A DNA stretch of 64,000 nt, from NCBI GenBank assembly GCA_009602735.1, contig WELA01000805.1, positions 469,173 to 533,172 of the forward strand. Direction: 5' to 3'. The position numbers and the translations under genes were made by a program. The notes beneath the pieces were generated by a model. It was not told the origin of the DNA and did not search any database. It was given only the letters and a program-made list of their open reading frames with translations. Source of the DNA: Mesotaenium endlicherianum. Its lineage: Eukaryota. Numbering within the stretch: position 1 is the stretch's first letter; each line of letters starts with the position of its first letter. Shown here piece by piece: positions 48,876 to 59,464 of the stretch.

Positions 48876-51227
48876 CTAGTAACCAATCGCTCTTGGCCTT
48901 CTTCTTAGTGGAGCGGAAACACTAGGTCGCTCCTCCACCTCCTCTTCCTCCACCTCCATCCCCTCACGCAACGAGGCATGCACGGCAAGATTGAGATCCT
49001 CCTCTTCAGATGTCTCCAAGAACTCCGCTTCTTCAACCCATGGAGTCGCGCCGACACTTGGTCCAAGGAAGTCCAAACTCTTCTCCTGAAGTCTCAACAT
49101 AGAATGCACGTACACTAACTTCTTTGCTCTAGTAGGGAGCAGCCTATTGCGAAGTGGACTATGAACAAACCCGTACTCAGACCAATTTCTCTCACATGCA
49201 GCTGCTGAACCGGGTTGCGACAATATTCTCATAGCAAGAAGCTGAAGATTAGGACAATGACTTCCATATGTTTCCCACCACTTGTGAGCAGGCATCATGG
49301 TCTTATTAGCCTTGCAAACATCATCGCCAAAAATGTCACCGCTCTGCCGGTAGAGCGCCAACTCTCGATCCACCAATGCTCGGTCAAGCACACTTCCTCC
49401 AACAAGGGTATTCCGCACGTCGGACCAATCGGTTAGTAGACACTTCTCAATTGCCCAAGACTCATGGTCTTGGAACTCGGGGTCCAAATAGTAGCCTGTA
49501 GTCAAACAAAGTCAAGAAGTAAACTTAGTATATGACAACACAATGCACTTCACAAAAGAGAGAGCAATAACAATAGCAAGCACAAAAACAAAAACAATGA
49601 CCAGCACACGATAACAAGCATGCAAGAGAACGCCAGCCGCCAAGCAAAAAAGTGAGCAACATCAAAATAGAGTTTTACCTGCAGAATGCAGGGGGCTGTG
49701 AAGCTGCTCCCAGCGAGCCTTCACGTCCTTCTTAACTTGGGTTATTTGTGCTGGTTTGAGTCCTACAATCTCATGCACATGCTCTTTAATGGCACTCATG
49801 CGAGCCCAAATCTTCCCAAGAGAAGGTTGTGGAGAGTCGACTAGTCGAAGGAGAACTACAATCGGCTCACACACGGCTACCCATACCTTCACTCGCTCCC
49901 AAAGTTCATCGTCGCGAACTAGGTCTCTAATCTCCGTAGCCTCACCTACACAACCGTTCTTTGCCGCCCACTCGAGCCATCTTCTGTCAGACACCATAGC
50001 TTGTAAGGTATCCCTCACAACAATGAGTCGTTGCAAGCAAAGGAAGTTACTAGCAAACCTCGTGGGTCCTGGCTTCAACAACTCTAGTTTATTCTCAAGC
50101 CTTGCCCCATGCTCACGGTAAAGAGCGTGAGGCATGTGGTGGTTTGCAACAAACTGGACCAAGTGCTTGAAGCTATCGATTATGCCCTCTAGCTCTTTTA
50201 CTTTTCCTATGTCTTTCAACAGCAGGTCCAAAATGTGAGCAGCACAAGGCGTCCAATATATATGCGGGTGCTTCTCACGAACCACATTACAACCAGCTAC
50301 AATGTTAGCTGCAGAGTCTGTGCAAAGTTGTACGACATGATCGGCCCCTATTTTCTCCACGGCCGCAAGCAGGTGGCTACCAATGTACTCACCCGTTTTC
50401 CTTTCACCCTCAGTGTTGATAGCATCCATGAACATTTCAGTGCCTCCCACAACCATAAGCACGTTAAGAAGAGGGTGCCCACATGGATCGGTCCACCCAT
50501 CTGCTACAATGCTACAACCCATCTGTGGTAGTCCCTTTTTTTGTTTCTTCTCCCAAGCCTCTATCTTCGACACCTCTTTATCTAGTAGGGTACTTCCGAG
50601 AGGCTTATCCTTCATCGGGACATACACTAGACCCGTTTCTAAGGTGTACTTACTGACAGCAACCAACATGTCCCTAAAGAAGTCACTGCGAGCAACATTG
50701 AATGAGCAACCAGTGCCATAGAAGAAACGGGCGACAGTCTCATGAACAGCATCAGCATTCATCTTCTGCAACATGTCACTTATAGAGGTTTGCCCTGACT
50801 CCCTGCCTAAGGAGGGGGACTCTCCAGCACTTGCACAACCCCATTCATGCACGCGCTTTCGTGCAGCTTGTATGACACTCTTCCTACGTCGCGTTCCTAA
50901 TAAAGAATTAGCCATACCGTTGCTACGGCTAATCATGAGATCTAGAACTTCATCGGGAACATCCTCACACTGACTAACATCCTTACAGCCTCCTGTGAAA
51001 TGGCCACGAATCCGCGTGACTCCACCGGTAAACTCCCTGGGGCAGTAGTTGCACTTCACCTTCGGATATGAATTCTTGGACTTGGCTTCCACAACGATGG
51101 TCACATGGCCCCACTCTGGACCAGACCTTGCAGCAACTGCCCTAGGGGGAAGACGAGCGGTTAAAGCTGCAGTGGACGCCCTCATTCCACCAAGCGTTGC
51201 TCCAGACGAAGTGCATGGTTGAGACAT
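48876..51227 (-). CDS. hAT transposase copy 2, complement(join(48876..49495,49679..51227))
   Basis: ORF-track translations are identical to copy 1; same intron. Confidence 0.92.
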
Positions 51228-51479
51228 GATGCGCGTGAAACCTGCAATAATGAAGTACAGTAACAACTTGTAAGAGACATAACAAGATGCCATTCAAATG
51301 CCATTTAAACAAGCAAAAACACAACAATAGGCAAACAAGAGAGCAGGCAATCCCAACAAAAGCACGGGCTGGCCGCCAGCCCCAACAGCAGCAAGCAAGG
51401 GGCTGGCAGCCAGCCCCGACAAGAGCACGCATGAGGTTGGCCGCCAACCCCGACACAAGCAAGCAGGACAACAGCCAGC

Positions 51480-52140
51480 CCCAACTAAGACCCTAAAACA
51501 GCAAGCAAGCCCGCCCTGACTAAACCCTAAAACAGCAAGCACGGGCTGGCCGCCAGCCCCAACAGCAGCAAGCAAGGGGCTGGCAGCCAACCCCGACAAG
51601 ATCACGCACGGGGTTGGCCGCCAGCCCCCACACGAGCAAGCACGACAACACCCAGCCTCAACTAAGACCCTAAAACAGCAAGCAAGCCCGCCCCGACTAA
51701 ACCCTAAACAGCAAGCACGCGCAGGCCTCCAGCCCCAACAGCAGCAAGCAAGGGGCTGGCAGCCAGCCCCAACAAGAGCAAGCACGGGGCTGGCAGCCAG
51801 CCCCGACAAGACCACGCATGAGGTTGGCCGCCAGCCCCGACACGAGCAAGCACGACAACACCCAGCCTCAACTAAGACCCTAAAACAGCAAGCAAGCCCG
51901 CCCCGACTAAACCCTAAACAGCAAGCACGCGCAGGCCTCCAGCCCCAACAGCAGCAAGCAAGGGGCTGGCAGCCAGCCCCAACAAGAGCAAGCACGGGGC
52001 TGGCAGCCAGCCCCGACAAGACCACGCATGAGGTTGGCCGCCAGCCCCGACACGAGCAAGCACGACAACACCCAGCCTCAACTAAGTCCCTAAAACAGCA
52101 AGCAAGCCCGCCTCGACTAAACCCTAAAACAGCAAGCCAG
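51480..52140. repeat. About three copies of a 210-bp tandem repeat built from degenerate palindromic units and AAACCCTAAA motifs
   Basis: CACGAGCAAGCACGACAACACCCAGCCTCAACTAAG at 51631, 51841 and 52051; only one copy in hAT copy 1. Confidence 0.85.
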
Positions 52141-53959
52141 CCCGCCCCGACTAAAACCCTAAGAGAGCAAGCAAGGGGCTGACAACCAGCCTCGACAAAA
52201 CTCAAAAGCAAGTCCGGGGCTAACAGCCAGCCCCGACAAAACTAAGCAAGGCGCTGGCAGCCCGCCCCCACTAAAATCCTAAACAGCAAGCAAAGGCAAA
52301 CCAGCCCGCCCTGACTGTAACCCTAAGACAACAGGCAAGGGACTGGCAGCCAGCCCTGACAAAAGCAAGCAAGGGGCTGACAACCAGCCCCGACAAGACT
52401 CAACAGCAAGCTCGGGGCTAACAGCCAGCCCCACAAAACCAAGCAAGGGGCTAGCAGCTCGCCCTGACAAGAGCATGCAAGGGGCTGCTGCAGCAAAGCA
52501 GCAGCCAGCCCGCCCTGACCAGAGCATGCAAGGGGCGGCTGCAGCACAAAAGACAGACTGCCCCGACCAAAGCAAGAGAAAAATACGCAAGGGAGGAAGA
52601 CGCAGGGGAAGGGGGGGGGACCTGAAACACTTGTTGGAGATTGGCTGCGTGTGGATTGGCGCAAGGCCTGCCGACTCGCTCGTTTTGAACTTGGGTTGCT
52701 TCACACATAAGAGAAGGGACAATGTACACACATGTAAGATAGACAACAGCACACCACCAAGAGCACGGTGATGAAGCCGGACAGCCCCAACCAAAACAAG
52801 CAAGGGGCAACTGTAGCACAGCAGCAGCCAGACAGCATGCCAGACAGCCCCACTCAAAAAAGCAAGGGGCGCGCGGACGCCACTACCAGTAAGAACAGGG
52901 CAAAGAGGGAGAAAGGAGATAGGGAAGGGCATGGCACCTGATGCGCGTGTCGAAAGACGTGTGTGCACCAATGAGGGGTGAGTCTGGTAGCTTCTTTTTC
53001 ACGCCTTCCTCACTGATACAAGACACACAAAAGGGCATAGGGTCGTCAAAACAGCAGCAGCAATCCCAATCAAGCAAGCAAGGGGCGAGCTGCTGCAGCA
53101 CCACAGCAGCCAGACAGCATGCACCAGACAGCATGCAAAGGGCGGCTGCTGCAGCCAGACAGCAGGGCGGCAGCCAGCCCCACCAACAGCAAATAAGGGG
53201 CTTGCAGCCAGTCCCAACACAAGCAAGCAAGGGGCTGACAGCCAGCCCCCACAGAAGAAAGCAAGGGGCTGGCAGCCAGCCCCGACCACAGCAAACAAGG
53301 GGCACGTGAGAGAACGGGAAAGAGGAAGAAGGATTAAGGCACCTGTCCACGTGTCAATGTCGCTCACGCGTCAATGGGCACACGTGGGGTAGGCACAAGG
53401 GGGGTCTACTTGCTCCTTATTGTCTTGCCCTGCTTCACAAAAGACAAAAAAGGAGACAAAGCTGTAAAAAGATGCAACAGACAGCTAGCCCTAATCTACA
53501 GGACACAAACACGCAAGCACGAGGGAGAAAGTTCACAATCAGCAGAACAACAAATGTGCAATGGGTGCACAAAAACAGCAGCCGAGTTAGAAAAGGAAGG
53601 AAGCAAGAATGAACAACACAGGCACAGCAGGTTGCAGATAGAGCTGATGCAAATGTGGACTAAAATCTCAAAATTGTAAGCAAGGGGATGCCAGCAAGCC
53701 CCGTGAAACCCGAGCAAGGGGTTGGCAGCCCACCCCCACTAAAACCTTGAAACAGCAAGCAAGGGGCTACCTGCCAGCCTCGACAGAAGCAAGCAAAGGG
53801 GCACAACAGCAGCCAGCCCCAATAAAAACCCTGACTTAACGAGCAAGAGGCTGGCAGCCCACCCCGACTTAAACACATTGCAAGCGAGGGGCTGGCAGCC
53901 AACCTCGACAAAAGCAAGCAAGGGGCACAACAATTGCCAGCCCCGACTAAAACCCTAAA

Positions 53960-56900
53960 CCAACAAGAGGGGCTGACAACCAGCCCCAACACAAGCAAGC
54001 AAGGGGCTGGCAGCTAGCACCCCAAAAAGCAAGCAAGGGGCTGGTAGCCAGCCCCGACACAAGGAAGCAAGGGGCTGGTTGCCAGCCCCCTCAAAAGCAC
54101 GCAAGGGGCTGGCAGCCAGCCCCCCTAAGAGCAAGCAAGGGGCTGGTCGCCAGCCCCCAAAAAAGCAAGCAAGGGGCTGGCAGCCAGCCCCGACACAAGG
54201 AAGCAAGGGGCTGGTTGCCAGCCCCCTCAAAAGCACGCAAGGGGCTGGCAGCCAGCCCCCCTAAGAGCAAGCAAGGGGCTGGTCGCCAGCCCCCAAAAAA
54301 GCAAGCAAGGGGCTGGCAGCCAGCCCCGACACAAGGAAGCAAGGGGCTGGTTGCCAGCCCCGACAAAAGCACGCAAGGGGCTGGCAGCCAGCCCCCCTAA
54401 GAGCAAGCAAGGGGCTGGTTGCCAGCCCCCAAAAAAGCAAGCAAGGGGCTGGCAGCCAGCCCCGACACAAGGAAGCAAGGGGCTGGTTGCCAGCCCCGAC
54501 AAAAGCACGCAAGGGGCTGGCAGCCAGCCCCCCTAAGAGCAAGCAAGGGGCTGGTTGCCAGCCCCCAAAAAAGCAAGCAAGGGGCTGGCAGCCAGCCCCG
54601 ACACAAGGAAGCAAGGGGCTGGTTGCCAGCCCCCAAAAAGCAAGCAAGGGGCTGGCAGCCAGCCCCAACACAAGCAATGAAGGGGCTGGTTGCCAGCCCC
54701 GACACAATGAAGCAAGGGGCTGGCTGCCAGCCCCGACACAGGCAAGCAAGGGGCTGGTTGCCAGCCCCGACAAAAGCACGCAAGGGGCTGGCAGCCAGCC
54801 CCCCTAAGATCAAGCAAGGGGCTGGTTGCCAGCCCCAACACAAGCAATGAAGGGGCTGGTTGCCAGCCCCGACACAATGAAGCAAGGGGCTGGCTGCCAG
54901 CCCCGACACAGGCAAGCAAGGGGCTGGTTGCCAGCCCCGACAAAAGCACGCAAGGGGCTGGCAGCCAGCCCCCCTAAGATCAAGCAAGGGGCTGGTTGCC
55001 AGCCCCAAAACAAGCAATGAAGGGGCTGGTTGCCAGCCCCGACACAATGAAGCAAGGGGCTGGCTGCCAGCCCCGACACAGGCAAGCAAGGGGCTGGTTG
55101 CCAGCCCCGACAAAAGCACGCAAGGGGCTGGCAGCCAGCCCCCCTAAGATCAAGCAAGGGGCTGGTTGCCAGCCCCAAAACAAGCAATGAAGGGGCTGGT
55201 TGCCAGCCCCGACACAATGAAGCAAGGGGCTGGCTGCCAGCCCCGACACAGGCAAGCAAGGGGCTGGTTGCCAGCCCCGACAAAAGCACGCAAGGGGCTG
55301 GCAGCCAGCCCCCCTAAGATCAAGCAAGGGGCTGGTTGCCAGCCCCAACACAAGCAATGAAGGGGCTGGTTGCCAGCCCCGACACAATGAAGCAAGGGGC
55401 TGGCTGCCAGCCCCGACACAGGCAAGCAAGGGGCTGGTTGCCAGCCCCGACAAAAGCACGCAAGGGGCTGGCAGCCAGCCCCCCTAAGATCAAGCAAGGG
55501 GCTGGTTGCCAGCCCCAACACAAGCAATGAAGGGGCTGGTTGCCAGCCCCGACACAATGAAGCAAGGGGCTGGCTGCCAGCCCCGACACAGGCAAGCAAG
55601 GGGCTGGTTGCCAGCCCCGACAAAAGCACGCAAGGGGCTGGCAGCCAGCCCCCCTAAGATCAAGCAAGGGGCTGGTTGCCAGCCCCAACACAAGCAATGA
55701 AGGGGCTGGTTGCCAGCCCCGACACAATGAAGCAAGGGGCTGGCTGCCAGCCCCGACACAGGCAAGCAAGGGGCTGGTTGCCAGCCCCGACAAAAGCACG
55801 CAAGGGGCTGGCAGCCAGCCCCCCTAAGATCAAGCAAGGGGCTGGTTGCCAGCCCCAACACAAGCAATGAAGGGGCTGGTTGCCAGCCCGACTTAATGAA
55901 GCAAGGGGCTGGCTGCCAGCCCCGACACAGGCAAGCAAGGGGCTGGTTGCCAGCCCCGACAAAAGCACGCAAGGGGCAGGCAGCCAGCCCCCCTAAGATC
56001 AAGCAAGGGGCTGGTTGCTAGCCCCAACACAAGCAATGAAGGGGCTGGTTGCCAGCCCCGACACAATGAAGCAAGGAGCTGGCAGCCAGCCCCGACACAG
56101 GCAAGCAAGGGGCTAATTGCTAGCCCCGACAAAAGCACGCAAGGGGCTGGCAGCCAGCCCCAACCCAAGCAATGAAGGGGCTGGTTGCCGGCCCCGATGC
56201 AATGAAGCAAGGGGCTGGCAGCCAGCCCAACACAAGCAAGCAAGGGGCTGGCAACCAGCCCCGACACAGGCAAACAGAGGGCTGGTTGCGAGCCCCGACA
56301 CAAGCAAGCAAGGGGCTGGTTGCGAGCCCCCCAAAAAGCAAGCAAGGGGCTGGTTGCCAGCCCCGACAAAAGTACACAAGGGGCTGGAAGCCAGCCCCCC
56401 TAAGAGGAAGCAAGGGGCTGGCAGCCAGTCCCGACACAAGCAATGAAGGGGCTAGTTGCCAGCCCCATCACAATGAAGCAACGGGCTAGCAGGCAGCCCC
56501 GACACAGGCAAGCAAGGGGCTGGCTGCCAGCCCCAACACAAAAAAGCAAGGGGCTGGTTGCCAGCCCCCCAAAAAGCAAACAAGGGGCAGGCAGCCAGCC
56601 CCGACACAAGCAAGCAAGGGGCTGGTTGCCAGCCCCGACAAAAGCACGCAAGGGGCTGGTTGCCAGCCCCCCTAAGAGCAAGCAAGGGGCTGGTTGCCAG
56701 CCCCCCAAAAGTAAGCAAGGGGCTGGCAGCCAGCCCCAACCCAAGCAATGAAGGGGCTGGTTGCCGGCCCCGATACAATGAAGCAAGGGGCTGGCAGCCA
56801 GCCCAACACAAGCAAGCAAGGGGCTGGCAACCAGCCCCGACACAGGCAAACAGAGGGCTGGTTGCGAGCCCCGACACAAGCAAGCAAGGGGCTGGTTGCG

Positions 56901-58830
56901 AGCCCCCCAAAAAGCAAGCAAGGGGCTGGTTGCCAGCCCCGACACAAGCAAGCAAGGGGCTGGTTGCCAGCCCCGACACAGGCAAGCAAGGGGCTGGCAG
57001 CCAGCCCCGACACAGGGAAGCAAGGGGCTGGTTGCCAGCCCCGACAAAAGTACACAAGGGGCAGGCAGCCAGCCCCCCTAAGAGCAAGCGAGGGGCTGGT
57101 TGCCAGCCCCCAAAAAGCATGCAAGAGGCTGGCAGCCAGTCCCGACACAAGCAATGAAGGGGCTAGTTGCCAGCCCCAACACAATGAAGCAAGGGGCTGG
57201 CTGCCAGCCCCGACACAGGCAAGCAAGGGGCTGGTTGCCAGCCCCGACAAAAGCACGCAAGGGGCTGGCAGCCAGCCCCCCTCAGATCAAGCAAGGGGCT
57301 GGTTGCCAGCCCCAACACAAGCAATAAAGGGGCTGGTTGCCAGCCCTGACACAATGAAGCAATGGGCTGGCTGCTAGCCCCGACACACGCAAGCAAGGGG
57401 CTGGCTGCCAGCCCCGACACAGGCAAGCAAGGGGCTGGTTGCCAGCCCCGACAAAAGCACGCAAGGGGCTGGCAGCCAGCCCCCCTAAGAGCAATCGAGG
57501 GGCTGGTTAACAACCTCCCAAAAGCAAGCAAGGGGCTGGCAGCCAGCCCCAACCCAAGCAATGAAGGGGCTGGTTGCCGGCCCCGATACAATGAAGCAAG
57601 GGGCTGGCAGCCAGCCCAACACAAGCAAGCAAGGGGCTGGCAACCAACCCCGACACAGGCAAACAGAGGGCTGGTTGCGAGCCCCGACACAAGCAAGCAA
57701 GGGGCTGGTTGCGAGCCCCCCAAAAAGCAAGCAAGGGGCTGGTTGCCAGCCCCGACACAGGCAAGCAAGGGGCTGGCTGCCAGCCCCGACACAAGCAAGC
57801 AAGGGGCTGGTTGCCAGCCCCGACACAGGGAAGCAAGGGGCTGGTTGCCAGCCCCGACAAAAGTACACAAGGGGCTGGCAGCCAGCCCCCCTAAGAGCAA
57901 GCAAGGGGCTGGTTGCCAGCCCCCCAAAAAGCATGCAAGGGGCTGGCAGCCAGTCCCGACACAAGCAATGAAGGGGCTAGTTGCCAGCCCCAACACTATG
58001 AAGCAACGGGCTAGCAGCCAGCCCCGACACAGGCAAGCAAGGGGCTGGCTGCCAGCCCCAACAAAAAAAAGCAAGGGGCTGGTTGCCAGCCCCCCAAGAA
58101 GCAAACAAGGGGCTGGCAGCCAGCCCCGACACAAGCAAGCAAGGGGCTGGTTGCCAGCCCCGACAAAAGCACGCAAGGGGCTGGCTGCCAGCCCCCCTAA
58201 GAGCAAGCAAGGGGCTGGTTGCCAGCCCCCCAAAAGCAAGCAAGGGGCTGGTAGCCAACCCCAATACAAGCAATGAATGGGCTGGTTGCCGGCCCCGATA
58301 CAATGAAGCAAGGGGCTGGCAGCCAGCCTCGACACAGGCAAACAAGGGGCTGGTTGCCAGCCCCAACACAAGCAAGCAAGGGGCTGGTTGCCAGCCCCCC
58401 AAAAAGCAAGCAAGGGGTTGGCAGCCAGCCCCGACACAAGCAAGCAAGGGGCTGGTTGTCAGCCCCGACAAAAGCACCGAGGGGCTGGCAGCCAGCCCCC
58501 CTAAGAGCAAGCAAGGGGCTGGTTGCCAGCCCCCCAAAAAGCATGCAAGGGGCTGGCAGCCAGTCCCGACACAAGCAATGAAGGGGCTAGTTGCCAGCCC
58601 CAACACAATGAAGCAAGGGGCTAGCAGCCAGCCCCGACACAGGCAAGCAAGGGGCTGGCTGCCAGCCCCAACACAAAAAAGCAAGGGGCTGGTTGCCAGC
58701 CCCCCAAAAAGCAAACAAGGGGCTGGCAGCCAGCCCCGACACAAGCAAGCAAGGGGCTGGTTGCCAGCCCCGACAAAAGCACGCAAGGGGCTGGCAGCCA
58801 GCCCCAACAATAGCAAGCAAGGGGCTGGTC
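53960..58830. repeat. ~4.9-kb array of ~34-bp palindromic units with 136-bp and 170-bp higher-order repeats
   Basis: Unit about GCAAGCAA-GGGGCTGG(TTG/CAG/CTG)CCAGCCCC-GACACA. ORF-track periodicity is 136 (54079, 54215, 54351, 54487) and 170 (54826 through 55676). Roughly 140 units by length/34. Confidence 0.96.
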
Positions 58831-59464
58831 GCAAAGAGGGCAAGAGGGGATGGACGCACCTGAGAGATGTTGGTGGTGAGGCGCGTGAGCGTGAAGACGG
58901 CGCCACCTTGTAGTACAGAACGGGCTTGAATCACGCCGTCCACTCCAGCTTCGGCCCGTCCGCTGCTGGCCTGGATGTGTTACAGCCTGAGGAATGCAAG
59001 GCAGCAAGGTCCTAAATGCGGAAGTAAGAAAACTTACGATGAATAGCAGGTGCGAAATGCAAAGAAAGGCGCTAGAAGTCTCTTAAGTAGGCTCCGCGAA
59101 ATTGGCCAAAAGGATTGTAGCTTGTAAGATGGGCAGCAACTCAAGCAGATGCACGTTGGAGGCGAAAATTGAAATGGCTGGTGGCCAAAATATTGGTGAA
59201 AAGGCTAGTGACTTTTTTTTAGTTCCCGCCGTTGCTCCACAAACCTGTCAAGATGCACTTGGTAGTTTGAATCCCGTCGATCGACGATGTATGCAAAGTC
59301 ACGAGTGAAACAGAGCGTGCGGTGGCGGACGTGAAGGTGTCAAAACGTTGCTGGGCGGCGCGCACGAATAAAAAGTTAATCGTACGCTTCGTACGAGCGT
59401 ACCGACGCAGTACGCTTATTTAAGCGTACGAAGGTTGGCCAATACGGCGTACGGCGTAACCCTG

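Larger units (their letters stand above)
47666..59464 (-). mobile_element. hAT transposon copy 2 (11.8 kb), inverted relative to copy 1
   Basis: Same TIRs (47666-47683, 59447-59464); identical transposase translation; expanded repeat arrays; no matching TSD. Confidence 0.95.

Noticed and set aside
41674..51293. Inverted duplication as a pure assembly artefact
   Set aside because: Each arm ends exactly at TIRs, has distinct flanks, and the copies differ by several SNPs and in repeat content. Long reads are still needed for certainty.
53960..58830. CRISPR array (palindromic repeat plus spacer look)
   Set aside because: Linkers are only ~15 nt, resemble one another and recur in higher-order periods. 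There are no cas genes and the context is a eukaryotic transposon.
53955..59007. Dozens of overlapping ORFs (GLATSPLL / RGWQPAP repeats), also at 39362-41825
   Set aside because: By-product of a stop-poor GC-rich 34-bp repeat; open in many frames on both strands, and the unit length is not a multiple of 3.
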